Origin: an uncultured Candidatus Saccharibacteria bacterium
GTDB lineage: Bacteria; Patescibacteriota; Doudnabacteria; UBA920
Direction: 5' to 3'
Assembly: GCA_964453405.1 (NCBI GenBank)
Contig: CAYVOF010000001.1
Coordinates: forward strand, 1,531 to 65,530
Length of the DNA: 64,000 nt
A program made the translations under genes and the position numbers. Positions 47,140 to 56,700 of the stretch are shown one piece after another. The notes beneath the pieces were generated by a model. That model was given only the letters and a program-made list of their open reading frames with translations. It did not search any database and was not told where the DNA came from. How positions within the stretch are numbered: position 1 is the stretch's first letter; each line of letters begins with the position of its first letter.

Positions 47140-49026
47140 ATGTTATTAAATCTTAACCAGAGAATTTATCAATTTTTAATTCTGCCGTTATTCGCGGCAG
47201 TTTTAGTCTTGGTCCCAGCTCCATCTGCAGTTTTAGCTCAAGCTAGCTCTGTGGCTACAGTAAACTTTTCCTATACTACAAAGCTAAATTCTCCTAGTGC
47301 CCTGACTCAGCTAGGGCAGGTGGGTACTAATATTAGTCATCAATTTGAATTTTCAAAAAGCGCAGAGTTTTTAAATATATATACATTTCAATCCTCTCTT
47401 CCGATTGAACAGTTGCGCAAGCAACTCGTGGGCCCGCAGTCAAATCAAGTTAAGTATTTGGATTATGACTTAGGTGTTCAAGCCGGAGCGCTCACTGTAA
47501 CGCAATTACCAAATGATCCAAGTTTTACCACCAACGCTTCAAATATAGACAAGCAGTGGGGTTTGGTTAAGGCTGGGTTTGTAGAAGGTTGGGAAAAAAC
47601 CAAAGGTGACACTAAGGTTGTTGTAGCCGTAGTTGATACAGGTATAGATCGTACTCATGAAGATATTACTGCAACTAGATTTGTTGATGGCTATAATGTT
47701 CTAACTTCTAAAGTGATCTCGCAGTTTTCTAACTCGGATGATAATGGTCATGGGACTCTGATTTCTGGTGTTGTAGGAGCAGTTTCAAATAATGGAGTTG
47801 GTATTGCAGGAACTAACTGGAGCATAACTTTAATGCCAATCAAAGCATTAAACTCATCGGGCACTGGTTCGGCTAGCCAGATTTCGGAAGGAATAGTGTG
47901 GGCCACAGATCACGGCGCTAATATAATAAACTTATCTTTGGGTGGCGTTGGGTTTGCTCATGATACAACTTTATCTAACGCTATTACTTATGCTTTTGAA
48001 AAGAATGTAATTATTGTTGCTGCGGCAGGTAATGATGTTGCGATTACTGGCGGTAATTTGGATACTGAACCAGTCTTTCCAATTTGTAATGATAATGGAA
48101 AGAATATGGTAATTGGAGTTTCTGCTTCTGACAGCAATGATCTCAAGCCCGACTTTGCTAATTATGGGAAGGCTTGCGTCGATATAGTTGCACCTGGAAA
48201 GCGAATTTTATCTACTATAAACCATGACCCAGCAACAGGAAATAGTGCGCCAGATTCATACGCCTATGCCTCTGGGACGTCCTTGTCAGTTCCATATGTA
48301 AGTGGCCAAGCAGCTTTATTAAAGTCTTTATATCCATTTGCTTCTAATCGCCAGATTCGTGATCGAATTATTTCTACCGCAGATAATATTGATAATTTTA
48401 ACACCACCAAGTGTGGTGGCAGTACTTGTAAAGGCTTGCTCGGTAGTGGTCGAATAAACGTGGCAAACAGTTTAAGAGATATTATACCAACTCTTGTCGA
48501 TGGAGATGTGGTTCAAGTTAATAACAGTGGTGATTGGTATTTAATAAACGGTGGTAAGCGGCAAATCATCTCGCCTTTTGTACGCAGTCAACGGTTTGTA
48601 GGAGTTACCCCTAAACAAGTTTTTTACTCCGAAATAGAAAGATTCTCCGAAGGATCTTTTGCTGAGCCTAAGGATGGTACCTTAGTTAAGTCGCCGGACA
48701 ATAGCACGGTTTACTTTATGAGTAAGGGTTTGCGGTTGCCAGTGACTTATCAGATTTTTCAGTTATATCATTTTGACTTTAAAAACGTCTTCACTTTATC
48801 ACCAGCCGAAGTTAACTCTTGGGTGATGGGTGGATTTTTAACTCCTCCAGAAGGCACTTTGGTGCGCACTCCAAAAAATCAAACTGTATATTGGGTTGTG
48901 GGGCAAGTTCTTCACCCAATCAATTACAAGTTTTATATAGACAGAGGCTTAAATATTTTTTCAGTAATTTACGTACCCGACAATGATTTAACTAAATTAC
49001 CAACAGGGGAGAGCTACACCTTATAA
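47140..49026 (+). CDS. Secreted subtilisin-like serine protease (S8) with about three C-terminal ~65-aa repeat modules
   Basis: Signal peptide and a catalytic triad in VAVVDTGIDRTHED (Asp), HGTLISGVVGA (His) and GTSLSVPYVSGQAALL (Ser). The C-terminal repeats contain G-T-L-V-K/R-x-P-x-N-x-T-V-Y. Confidence 0.8.
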   Translation: MLLNLNQRIYQFLILPLFAAVLVLVPAPSAVLAQASSVATVNFSYTTKLNSPSALTQLGQVGTNISHQFEFSKSAEFLNIYTFQSSLPIEQLRKQLVGPQSNQVKYLDYDLGVQAGALTVTQLPNDPSFTTNASNIDKQWGLVKAGFVEGWEKTKGDTKVVVAVVDTGIDRTHEDITATRFVDGYNVLTSKVISQFSNSDDNGHGTLISGVVGAVSNNGVGIAGTNWSITLMPIKALNSSGTGSASQISEGIVWATDHGANIINLSLGGVGFAHDTTLSNAITYAFEKNVIIVAAAGNDVAITGGNLDTEPVFPICNDNGKNMVIGVSASDSNDLKPDFANYGKACVDIVAPGKRILSTINHDPATGNSAPDSYAYASGTSLSVPYVSGQAALLKSLYPFASNRQIRDRIISTADNIDNFNTTKCGGSTCKGLLGSGRINVANSLRDIIPTLVDGDVVQVNNSGDWYLINGGKRQIISPFVRSQRFVGVTPKQVFYSEIERFSEGSFAEPKDGTLVKSPDNSTVYFMSKGLRLPVTYQIFQLYHFDFKNVFTLSPAEVNSWVMGGFLTPPEGTLVRTPKNQTVYWVVGQVLHPINYKFYIDRGLNIFSVIYVPDNDLTKLPTGESYTL

Positions 49027-49110
49027 TTTAACTGTTTTCTTATGCCTAAAAAAATAATTTTTGGCTTACAAGGATTGAGTTAATAGAGCGAATACATTAA
49101 AATAAATCAT

Positions 49111-50967
49111 ATGACTAAAAAATCTTTACTTTTTATACTTGCAACTGTTGTAGTTTCTTCATTAGGAATTACGCCGAATTTAGCTCAAGCCCAAGAAGCT
49201 GTTTTACCAGGTTTTACACCGAATCGTTTGATAGAAGATTCTGTATTTTCCGACAAGACCACTTTTGGTGGTAGCGAAGGCATTCAGAAGTTTTTAGAAA
49301 GCAAAAATAGTATTTTAGCTAATAAGTCCTCTGACTTCGTGGCTAAATTGCGTGAACCAAATAATGCTGCACTCAAAACTACCCTAGAAGACTCTCGTCC
49401 TAGTTTGGACCATCTACGTACTGCAGCAGAATTAATTTGGGATGCCAGTCAGACCAGCGGCATAAATCCTCAGGTTGTAATTGTAACTTTGCAAAAAGAA
49501 CAAGGACTTATTACAGCTCGACAAAATGCTACACCAGAACAAGTTCAAACCGCGCTAGATTACGCTATGGGTTTTGGTTGTCCAGACTCCGGTGGTTGCG
49601 GCGCACTGTATAAAGGATTTTATTATCAGTTGTTTGGAAATGTTGATGCCGAAAATAACCGTTATCTTGGTGCGACTAAGTCTTTAATGAAATCATTTAC
49701 TACCCCAGGCGGTCGCGGCCCGTTTTATAACGGTGCAGTTTCTAAAGTAGGCGACACAATTATATTAGGCAATACTTTGGGTGGTTACAGTCCTATCGAA
49801 GCTCAGCAGAGCGTTATCATCGAAAATTCAGCCACTGCAGCACTTTATAGATTTACTCCACACGTCTTTAATGGTAACTACAATTTTTGGCGATATATGA
49901 ACCAGTGGTTCCGTTATCCAACAGGAACTATCATTAGCAGTCCTAACGGACAAAAGTACATGATCCAAAATGGTAGTCGTTTGCAAGTTAATGACTTTAT
50001 CGCTCGTACTCGTAATTTAAATTTGGCTAGCCCAATCATGTTGTCGTTTAATGAATTAGAGAGCTATCCAGACGGCGGCTTGCTCGGTTTGGCTGATAAT
50101 ACCGTGGCGATTGCAGAAGGTAAAGTCTACGTGTTCTTGAATAACAAAAAACACGCCGCTAGTCCGTTTGTAATTACTCAACGTGGTTTGTCTATGAATA
50201 CCGCTGTTAATGCAAGTGTGGCAGATTTAGCGACATACGTAGACGGTCCACAATTAACTCCTTCCGAAGGGTCTGTGTTACGAGGTATCAATGGCCCTGC
50301 GGTGTATATAGTTCAAAACAATCAATTGCGATTAATCTCGGCTTTAGTTTTTGCACAGCGTAATTTAGCTAACAAAATTCAACTTCTTCCTGATGCCGAA
50401 TTAGCGCTCTATCCTAAAGGTGGTTTTCTTCCACCATTTGATGGTACCTTAGTTAAATCTCCGAGTGTGCAAACTGTGTTCTTGGTTCGCGATCAAATTA
50501 AACGTCCAATGACTGGCTTAGTATTTAAAACTTACGGATTTAAGTTCGCGGATGTAAAAACAATAAGTGATGATGAACTGCTTGGAATGCCAACTGGTAC
50601 AATTGCCGAACCAAAAGATCCAACTTATTATCAAATCGCTGGAAGCGGCGAACTATATATTTATAAAAATGCTAGTCGCCACTTTGTGTCTAAATTTGTG
50701 GCCAAGCAAAAAGCTATTACTGCAGACGTGACCTTTAACACTGACGAAGTTGCAAATTGGCCCGAAGGGGATGCCATTTTGCCAAAAGAAGGAACGCTTG
50801 TTAAAGCAGATAATAGCGCCACTGTTTATATTGTAGAAAATGGTCAGCTACTAGCTCTAAGTGGTGCCGATTTTACGACCCGTAAGTTAAGCTTTAAAAA
50901 TGTAAATGTTTTGTCAGGTGCAGAAGTAGCCAAGTACCCAATTAAGGGAGCAAATGAGCGATCTTAA
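49111..50967 (+). CDS. Large secreted protein: unknown N-terminal domain plus five or six copies of the repeat module found in the adjacent S8 protease
   Basis: Signal peptide. Repeats GTLVKSPSVQTVFLV, GTLVKADNSATVYIVENGQLL, GSVLRGINGPAVYIVQNNQLRLI, each ending near a YP-x-GG motif. Confidence 0.5.
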   Translation: MTKKSLLFILATVVVSSLGITPNLAQAQEAVLPGFTPNRLIEDSVFSDKTTFGGSEGIQKFLESKNSILANKSSDFVAKLREPNNAALKTTLEDSRPSLDHLRTAAELIWDASQTSGINPQVVIVTLQKEQGLITARQNATPEQVQTALDYAMGFGCPDSGGCGALYKGFYYQLFGNVDAENNRYLGATKSLMKSFTTPGGRGPFYNGAVSKVGDTIILGNTLGGYSPIEAQQSVIIENSATAALYRFTPHVFNGNYNFWRYMNQWFRYPTGTIISSPNGQKYMIQNGSRLQVNDFIARTRNLNLASPIMLSFNELESYPDGGLLGLADNTVAIAEGKVYVFLNNKKHAASPFVITQRGLSMNTAVNASVADLATYVDGPQLTPSEGSVLRGINGPAVYIVQNNQLRLISALVFAQRNLANKIQLLPDAELALYPKGGFLPPFDGTLVKSPSVQTVFLVRDQIKRPMTGLVFKTYGFKFADVKTISDDELLGMPTGTIAEPKDPTYYQIAGSGELYIYKNASRHFVSKFVAKQKAITADVTFNTDEVANWPEGDAILPKEGTLVKADNSATVYIVENGQLLALSGADFTTRKLSFKNVNVLSGAEVAKYPIKGANERS

Positions 50968-50999
50968 TTAAATCCTCCATATTTTAGCAAATAAAAATC

Positions 51000-51026
51000 C
51001 CGAGAAGTTTGCCTTCTCGGGTTTTG
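51000..51026. terminator. Bidirectional terminator
   Basis: CCCGAGAAG-tttgc-CTTCTCGGG 9-bp stem with an A-run before and a T-run after. Confidence 0.6.
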
Positions 51027-51054
51027 CCTTTTGGCAATTTGCCTGTAGTCGATG

Positions 51055-51393
51055 TTAATGACCTAAAATATTATTCATAATTTTGGCCGTATCCGCATTG
51101 ATCAAGAGCATACATGCTTTGCAGTCTTTGATGGCTCTCGCTTGATCGCTAGTCATTTTAGACGGCATTATCGTGTTCAGGTTATGAATTACTGAGTACG
51201 GAACACACGTCTTTTTGTGATTAATTGTGCGACATTTTTCGCACCGATTGACATGGTCAATTACCTTTTCTTCAACAGCGGGATTACGAAGACTTCCTAC
51301 TGCATTCACGATTGTAGTTGTCGGGCATCCAATTTCACTCATTGTGTTTATTGTATATTCTCCTTTTAAATTTCTAACATCAAATTTTATCAT
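51055..51393 (-). CDS. Small cysteine-containing protein (95-112 aa), unknown function
   Basis: Contains CEKCRTINHKKTC and CKAC. The true start may be the internal Met at 51342, because an extended -10 box abuts the first ATG. Confidence 0.35.
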   Translation of the reverse strand: MIKFDVRNLKGEYTINTMSEIGCPTTTIVNAVGSLRNPAVEEKVIDHVNRCEKCRTINHKKTCVPYSVIHNLNTIMPSKMTSDQARAIKDCKACMLLINADTAKIMNNILGH

Positions 51394-51449
51394 ATTATAG
51401 CACTTTTGTCAATCGTTCGCGATAGTCTCGGTCTGCTACAATATATGTA

Positions 51450-52895
51450 ATGTCATCACCATCTAAAAATATTCTGTGGCTATCGGTTTCCAGGGTTGTC
51501 TCTGTGGGCCTTTTATTTTTAGCTTATACACAGTTACTTCGTTATTTGGGCCCAGAGCATATGGGACGTTTTCAGTTCGTATTGTCATTTGTCACGCTAT
51601 TTGGTGTGGTAATAGATTTTGGAATCCAACAGTACGTTATCAAAAAAATTAGCGAAGATCGCACAAAGGCCAAAATGTACTTCCATAACTTTTTAGCTGT
51701 TGAAGTTGTTATGGCATGTATTGTTTATGCAGCAATGGTTGGCACAGCTCTTTTTAATGGATACGAACCATTAGTAGTCCACGCGATTATGTTGGCCGGG
51801 GTAGGGGTGGTTGTGACTGGTTTGACATATCCTTTTCTGGCAGTTATCAGTGCATTTTATGACCTTAAAAAAGCAGCTTTTATAAACTTTATTGCTTCGG
51901 CGGTTAATGTGATTGTGATTTTTGTGACAATTTGGTTTGGGGGAAACATTGTGATGTTGACTAGTCAGCAAATTATTTATGCTGTAATTGCCATAACTTT
52001 GTACTATCATTTTGTACAAAAATATATTGGCCCACCTGAGATACTAAAAGGTTTAAGAAAACTGGACTTTAAATTAATTAAAAAAATCTTCGTTGCTGCA
52101 CTGCCGTTTGCTATGTTGGTTGGATTTAGTACTGTGTACAATCGCATTGATATTGTTTTGATTAACAAGTTTTTAGGGTATACCCAAACTGGATTGTACG
52201 CTGCAGCTTATAAGTTTTTTGATCTGCTAGCCTTTTTTCCGGCAGTGGTGTCGCACTCACTGTATCCTTTGTTTGCTAGTTTAATGGCTGAAGGTAAATT
52301 AGAAGAAGTCCGTACAATATTGGAGCGCTACCTTCGCTTTATGGCCGCTGTCGCGCTACCTATGGCAACAGGGGTAATGTTACTAGCAGGACCAATAATT
52401 AAACTTTTAGCAGGTGATGAATATGCTGCAGCTGCTAATATTTTGGCAGTAGTAGTTTGGGCTCCAGCAATTTTATTTTTATATATCGTAGTAAACTCTT
52501 TAGTAATTTCGCAACTAACTAAGTTTGCTGTTGCGATTACGGGAGCGAACGTAGTCATTAATATTATTGGGAACTTAATTTTACTGCCGCGTATTGGTAT
52601 TATGGGTGCTGCAATTATGACATTGGTATCCGAAAGCATCCAAGGATTGTTTTATTTTTATTTCGTTCGGAAAAAAATTACTAAATTCAAATTTTTGGTT
52701 AACTTATGGCAACCCTTTATTGCAAGTAGTGTAATGGGTGTAGTGGTGTATATGTTGCGTGATCAATTTTTATTGATTCCAGTTATCGCGGGTGCGGTAA
52801 CGTATGCAGTGGCTTTATTGGTACTAGGCTTTTTTAGTAAGGATGATTTAAAATTCTTTATGAATCTAATGCGTAAGAGTTATGACGAGTCTTAG
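51450..52895 (+). CDS. wzx: Polysaccharide flippase (Wzx/RfbX, MOP superfamily)
   Basis: 481 aa with about 12-14 TM helices. N-terminus LWLSVSRVVSVGLLFLAYTQLLRYLGPEHMGRFQ is typical of polysaccharide biosynthesis protein (Wzx) families. Confidence 0.65.
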   Translation: MSSPSKNILWLSVSRVVSVGLLFLAYTQLLRYLGPEHMGRFQFVLSFVTLFGVVIDFGIQQYVIKKISEDRTKAKMYFHNFLAVEVVMACIVYAAMVGTALFNGYEPLVVHAIMLAGVGVVVTGLTYPFLAVISAFYDLKKAAFINFIASAVNVIVIFVTIWFGGNIVMLTSQQIIYAVIAITLYYHFVQKYIGPPEILKGLRKLDFKLIKKIFVAALPFAMLVGFSTVYNRIDIVLINKFLGYTQTGLYAAAYKFFDLLAFFPAVVSHSLYPLFASLMAEGKLEEVRTILERYLRFMAAVALPMATGVMLLAGPIIKLLAGDEYAAAANILAVVVWAPAILFLYIVVNSLVISQLTKFAVAITGANVVINIIGNLILLPRIGIMGAAIMTLVSESIQGLFYFYFVRKKITKFKFLVNLWQPFIASSVMGVVVYMLRDQFLLIPVIAGAVTYAVALLVLGFFSKDDLKFFMNLMRKSYDES

Positions 52896-52959
52896 TAAGC
52901 TTGGTTATATTGGCGTTAAAAAAAAATTGACGCCGGTTGCGGTTGTACCAGAACGCATT

Positions 52960-53358
52960 ATGATTTTTGGTACGTTTGATATTATCCATAAAGGTCACAG
53001 AAATTTTTTTAAGCAGGCTAGGGAATTGGCCAAAAATCCTTTTTTGATTGTATCCATAGCCCGCGCCACAAACGTAAAACGAATCAAAGGCCGTGCTCCG
53101 CGCCACACCGACCAACAACGGCTCGCTGCAATTGCGGCTTTACCAGAAGTCGATAAGGTTGTCCTCGGGGGTGCGCGCCAATATATCCCACATATTGTGC
53201 GCGAAAGGCCAGATATCATTGCTTTAGGCTATGACCAGATAGAGTACGTGAAGGGATTGCGCACCGCTTTAATAGTAAAAGGACTCAAACCCAAAATTGT
53301 GCGTTTAAAACCCTATAAAGAGCACATATATAAGACTTCTATTATCGATAGAACTTGA
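52960..53358 (+). CDS. Cytidylyltransferase-like nucleotidyltransferase (TagD/RibL-like)
   Basis: MIFGTFDIIHKGHRNFF carries the (T/H)xGH nucleotidyltransferase motif. The ORF-track start at 52882 would overlap wzx, so the Met at 52960 is preferred. Confidence 0.55.
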   Translation: MIFGTFDIIHKGHRNFFKQARELAKNPFLIVSIARATNVKRIKGRAPRHTDQQRLAAIAALPEVDKVVLGGARQYIPHIVRERPDIIALGYDQIEYVKGLRTALIVKGLKPKIVRLKPYKEHIYKTSIIDRT

Positions 53359-53383
53359 CAAAACCTCCAATAAATGATACAAT
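53355..53383 (+). promoter_or_regulatory. Promoter (TTGACA-17-TGaTACAAT) followed by a 4-codon uORF
   Basis: Consensus -35 overlaps the stop of the upstream gene. It has an extended -10. Downstream, GGAGG, then ATGGAGGTAAAATGA encodes MEVK and overlaps the main ATG. Confidence 0.5.
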
Positions 53384-53408
53384 TGGAGGTTAATTTTATG
53401 GAGGTAAA

Positions 53409-54233
53409 ATGAAAAAAATAATTGATGAATTTGATTTTGAATCTATCCGTGGAATTTGGCGGGTAGGTAATTCTTTATACGTAGTGGATCAGCCAGCTCT
53501 TCTAGAGCTACTAAAGCAAAAGCTCGATGTATTGGGTTATAGGTTAACAGATCTCGTTCAAGAAGCAAATAAAAATTGCGTTAACGATAGAAATTTTGGT
53601 CATGTCGGCCAGACAAATACTGCATTAACCAATCGTGGTTCATTTCAAAAACAACGCCAGGCGTTGTGGCGAGCGACGCTCAAGACCAAATCTTTTTTCC
53701 GTTGCAACTCATGTAACGAAAAAATGACTTTCAAGCCGGTTAAGAGCGGGCAGAAATGTAAGAATTGCGAAAAAGTCCTATGGAATCGAGTTACCAAGGG
53801 TTCAAAGATTCGCGGTCGGTTTAAACCCCACAAACCTAAACAGACTACAAAAGTCGACTTCACTGCTTATGTTCATTCCTACAACCCCGAAACCTTAGAG
53901 CTCTTGCTTGAGGACAGAATTTACGGCGGAAAGTTTACGAACAACGAACAAGCTAAAAAGTATTTTCATGAACATTCCCATAAGTGGAAAAGGGTCACAA
54001 TTGGCAAAAAGACCTATATCAAGGTCATCATGCCGATTACGAAGGTACAACTTTTTGTTCCTCATATCCACGCTTTTCAAATCACGGGTGAATATATCAA
54101 TTACCACGAAGTAAAGGTCTGGAATGGCCAAGAGTACCGACTTTTACCCATCACCGAAAAATTCAGAATTTATGAAGCTTGGGAATGGTCACTTGATGAA
54201 ATCAATAAGATCTTATCCAAGCGGAAGAAATAA
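53409..54233 (+). CDS. Lys-rich hypothetical protein with an internal C4 zinc ribbon (274 aa)
   Basis: CNSCNEKMTFKPVKSGQKCKNCEK motif. No family recognised. Confidence 0.4.
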   Translation: MKKIIDEFDFESIRGIWRVGNSLYVVDQPALLELLKQKLDVLGYRLTDLVQEANKNCVNDRNFGHVGQTNTALTNRGSFQKQRQALWRATLKTKSFFRCNSCNEKMTFKPVKSGQKCKNCEKVLWNRVTKGSKIRGRFKPHKPKQTTKVDFTAYVHSYNPETLELLLEDRIYGGKFTNNEQAKKYFHEHSHKWKRVTIGKKTYIKVIMPITKVQLFVPHIHAFQITGEYINYHEVKVWNGQEYRLLPITEKFRIYEAWEWSLDEINKILSKRKK

Positions 54234-54359
54234 TAGGCTGATCAAAATCAAACAAGCGCGCAACTACAGAGTTGCCGCTTTTTTATTTTGTTACCTATTC
54301 TCAAATTAAGCGTAATAGTACTTGAAAATAGCAAAAATACCTCAAATAATATAGAATAA

Positions 54360-55022
54360 ATGCAGAAAGAAGCAACTCTAACAATGGACTTTGCATATCA
54401 AACTCCGGATACAGCCACAGACGAGGTCGTATCCACAGAGGCTACTAGCAGAGCAGAAATAGATAAAGCATTAGTAGTCAAAATTCAAGCGGGCGAAACC
54501 GAAAATTTCGTGTTGCTTTATGACGCTTATTTGGATAAGATTTACCGCTTTTTGTATTTCCGCACTTCGCATCAAGAAACTGCCGAAGACCTAGCTAGTC
54601 AAGCATTCCTCAAAGCTTTTGATAAGATCCAGAGCTTTGATGCGAGCAAGGGCACGTTTCAGAGTTGGCTGTATCGAATCGCTCATAACTTATTAATTGA
54701 TCACTATCGAGTGCCAAAGCGTGATGTGGATATATCTGCTGCCGAGAATATTGCATCAAATAGTTCTCCAGAGCAAGACACAGAGCGAGAACTAACCATT
54801 GCACAAATTCAAAAATTATTAACAACATTACCAGAGGCGTCTCAAGAATTAATTGTTTTGCGAATATGGGAAGAACTTCCATATTCAGAAATTGCCAAGA
54901 TTATGGACAAAAGTGAAGCTAGCCTAAAGATGCAGTTTTCGCGCATTATCGCAGGATTGCGTAATCATCCAATGCTTATGCTTTCAATCATAATCGTAGC
55001 AACATGGGGGACAAACTTATGA
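54360..55022 (+). CDS. ECF-type RNA polymerase sigma factor (sigma-70 family, regions 2 and 4)
   Basis: Region 2 (LLYDAYLDKIYRFLYFRTSHQETAEDLASQAFLKAF...SWLYRIAHNLLIDHYR) and region 4 HTH (LPYSEIAKIMDKSEASLKMQFSR). Confidence 0.75.
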   Translation: MQKEATLTMDFAYQTPDTATDEVVSTEATSRAEIDKALVVKIQAGETENFVLLYDAYLDKIYRFLYFRTSHQETAEDLASQAFLKAFDKIQSFDASKGTFQSWLYRIAHNLLIDHYRVPKRDVDISAAENIASNSSPEQDTERELTIAQIQKLLTTLPEASQELIVLRIWEELPYSEIAKIMDKSEASLKMQFSRIIAGLRNHPMLMLSIIIVATWGTNL

Positions 55023-56641
55023 ATTTAAATAATCAACAATTTAATGCCAAAAAACTTGATAGCGAGTTAGATGAAATCGATCAAGAAACTTTAGCAAAGT
55101 TATCTAAGCTAAAGTCTACAGCCAATCAGGTTCAGCCTGATAAGCAGTTTGCTAATCTATTTCGTGAAGAGTTATCTCAGCATGTGCAGGAGCGCGTTGT
55201 TATTTCATCAAATCAAACTTATAACAAATCATTAACATTCTTTGGCTTTATGAATAAAATTATTATTCCTCTGGTTGCTGTTGCAATTGTTGCATCTGGA
55301 ACCGGTTACTGGTACGCCAGTAAAAATGATCCAGCATTATTAGGAGTTGGTGATAACCAACTGCTTTCTGGAAAATATGCAGTTACCGAAGTAGATGAAA
55401 ATTCGTTTGGTGATCTTAACAAAATTAATATCATTGCCGCAGATCAAGTGGGTGGTAATGGTGTAGGTGCAAACTCTTCGATGGCTCAGGCTGAACGTGG
55501 TGCTGCACCAAATGTCCCAAGCACTTCCACTGCTAGCCCTGCCGTTGGTACTGACAAAATGATCGCCCCATCTGAACCTTATCCTTGCGGTCCAGATTGT
55601 CCTATTTCGTACAAATTTAAATATGCAGGCAAAGATTTAAGCGGTTTGTCAGACGAAGAATCTGTGCTCAAGCGTTCTAAGCCAGAACAACCAGCAACTT
55701 TAGTTTCTCGCTTGCTTCGCATGTTCAGCTTTGGACTAATCGACTTATCTAAGTTCCAGAATGCTCGCATGCAATCAGTTTCGTTTTTGGAAGATCGTGA
55801 ATATGGTTTGGTGGCAAATATTGATCTCAACATAGGTACTATCAATATGTATCAGAATTGGGAAAAGTGGCCTCAGTATCCATATGGATGTTTTGGCTAC
55901 ACTTGTGGTAATACACCAGTACTAACTCCAAAAGATATCCCATCTGATACCGAACTAATTGATATTGCTAAGCAGTTTATGAATGATTATCAGATTTCTG
56001 CCGAAGGCTATGGTGATCCGTTTGTGAACGACTCTTCTAACTGGCGTGTTCTTTATGACCAAACCAATGATAAGAGCAATGTTTATTTACCAGAACAAAT
56101 TAATGTTGTATATCCGTTAGTCCTAGAAGGTCAAACAGTTTACGATGAAAGTGGAAATAAATCCGGATTAAATATCACAATTGACGTTCGTAGCCGCAAA
56201 GTAGCAGGATTGTATGACCTAAATACTAAGCAATATCAAAAGTCTGCCTACAAAGGCGAAACCAATGTTAAGCGTATCCTTGAAGTCGCTGAACGCGGTG
56301 GTTACCGTAGCTACAACTATGAATATCCAGGAAAAGTTGTAACTTTAGAGCTTGGTACTCCAACTATTCAAATGGTACGTATGTGGTACACGCAAGACAT
56401 GAACAAGCAGGGTGAAGAATTATATTTACCTGCTTATGTCTTCCCGATTAATAATGCCGAACAAACTAACTACTGGCGCAAGAACGTAATCGTGCCGTTG
56501 GTTCGAGATATTTTAGATAATGAAAATCAAGGATATCCAACCCCAATGCCTATGTCAGATGCTGGTAATAGTGGTAGTGCCGGAGGTGCCCCGGCTGTGC
56601 TTCCAGAAACTACTGACGTACCTAGTACTGACAGTAATTAA
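55019..56641 (+). CDS. Putative membrane-spanning anti-sigma factor with a large extracytoplasmic domain
   Basis: ATGA start/stop overlap with the sigma factor gene. Short cytoplasmic N-terminus, a single TM helix (IIIPLVAVAIVASGTGYW) and an unknown domain of about 440 aa. Confidence 0.45.
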   Translation: MNLNNQQFNAKKLDSELDEIDQETLAKLSKLKSTANQVQPDKQFANLFREELSQHVQERVVISSNQTYNKSLTFFGFMNKIIIPLVAVAIVASGTGYWYASKNDPALLGVGDNQLLSGKYAVTEVDENSFGDLNKINIIAADQVGGNGVGANSSMAQAERGAAPNVPSTSTASPAVGTDKMIAPSEPYPCGPDCPISYKFKYAGKDLSGLSDEESVLKRSKPEQPATLVSRLLRMFSFGLIDLSKFQNARMQSVSFLEDREYGLVANIDLNIGTINMYQNWEKWPQYPYGCFGYTCGNTPVLTPKDIPSDTELIDIAKQFMNDYQISAEGYGDPFVNDSSNWRVLYDQTNDKSNVYLPEQINVVYPLVLEGQTVYDESGNKSGLNITIDVRSRKVAGLYDLNTKQYQKSAYKGETNVKRILEVAERGGYRSYNYEYPGKVVTLELGTPTIQMVRMWYTQDMNKQGEELYLPAYVFPINNAEQTNYWRKNVIVPLVRDILDNENQGYPTPMPMSDAGNSGSAGGAPAVLPETTDVPSTDSN

Positions 56642-56655
56642 CACTTAAATTAAAA

Positions 56656-56680
56656 AGACCTTTCTAGAGAAGGTCTTTTT
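56656..56680 (+). terminator. Rho-independent terminator
   Basis: AGACCTTT-ctagag-AAGGTCT hairpin followed by TTTTT. Confidence 0.5.
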
Positions 56681-56700
56681 ATATGTTAAAATAAATTTAT

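Noticed and set aside
49000-49026. LPTGE near the C-terminus of the S8 protease considered as a sortase LPXTG sorting signal
   Set aside because: The sequence is L-P-T-G-E, which does not fit LPxTG. No following hydrophobic segment or basic tail is present.
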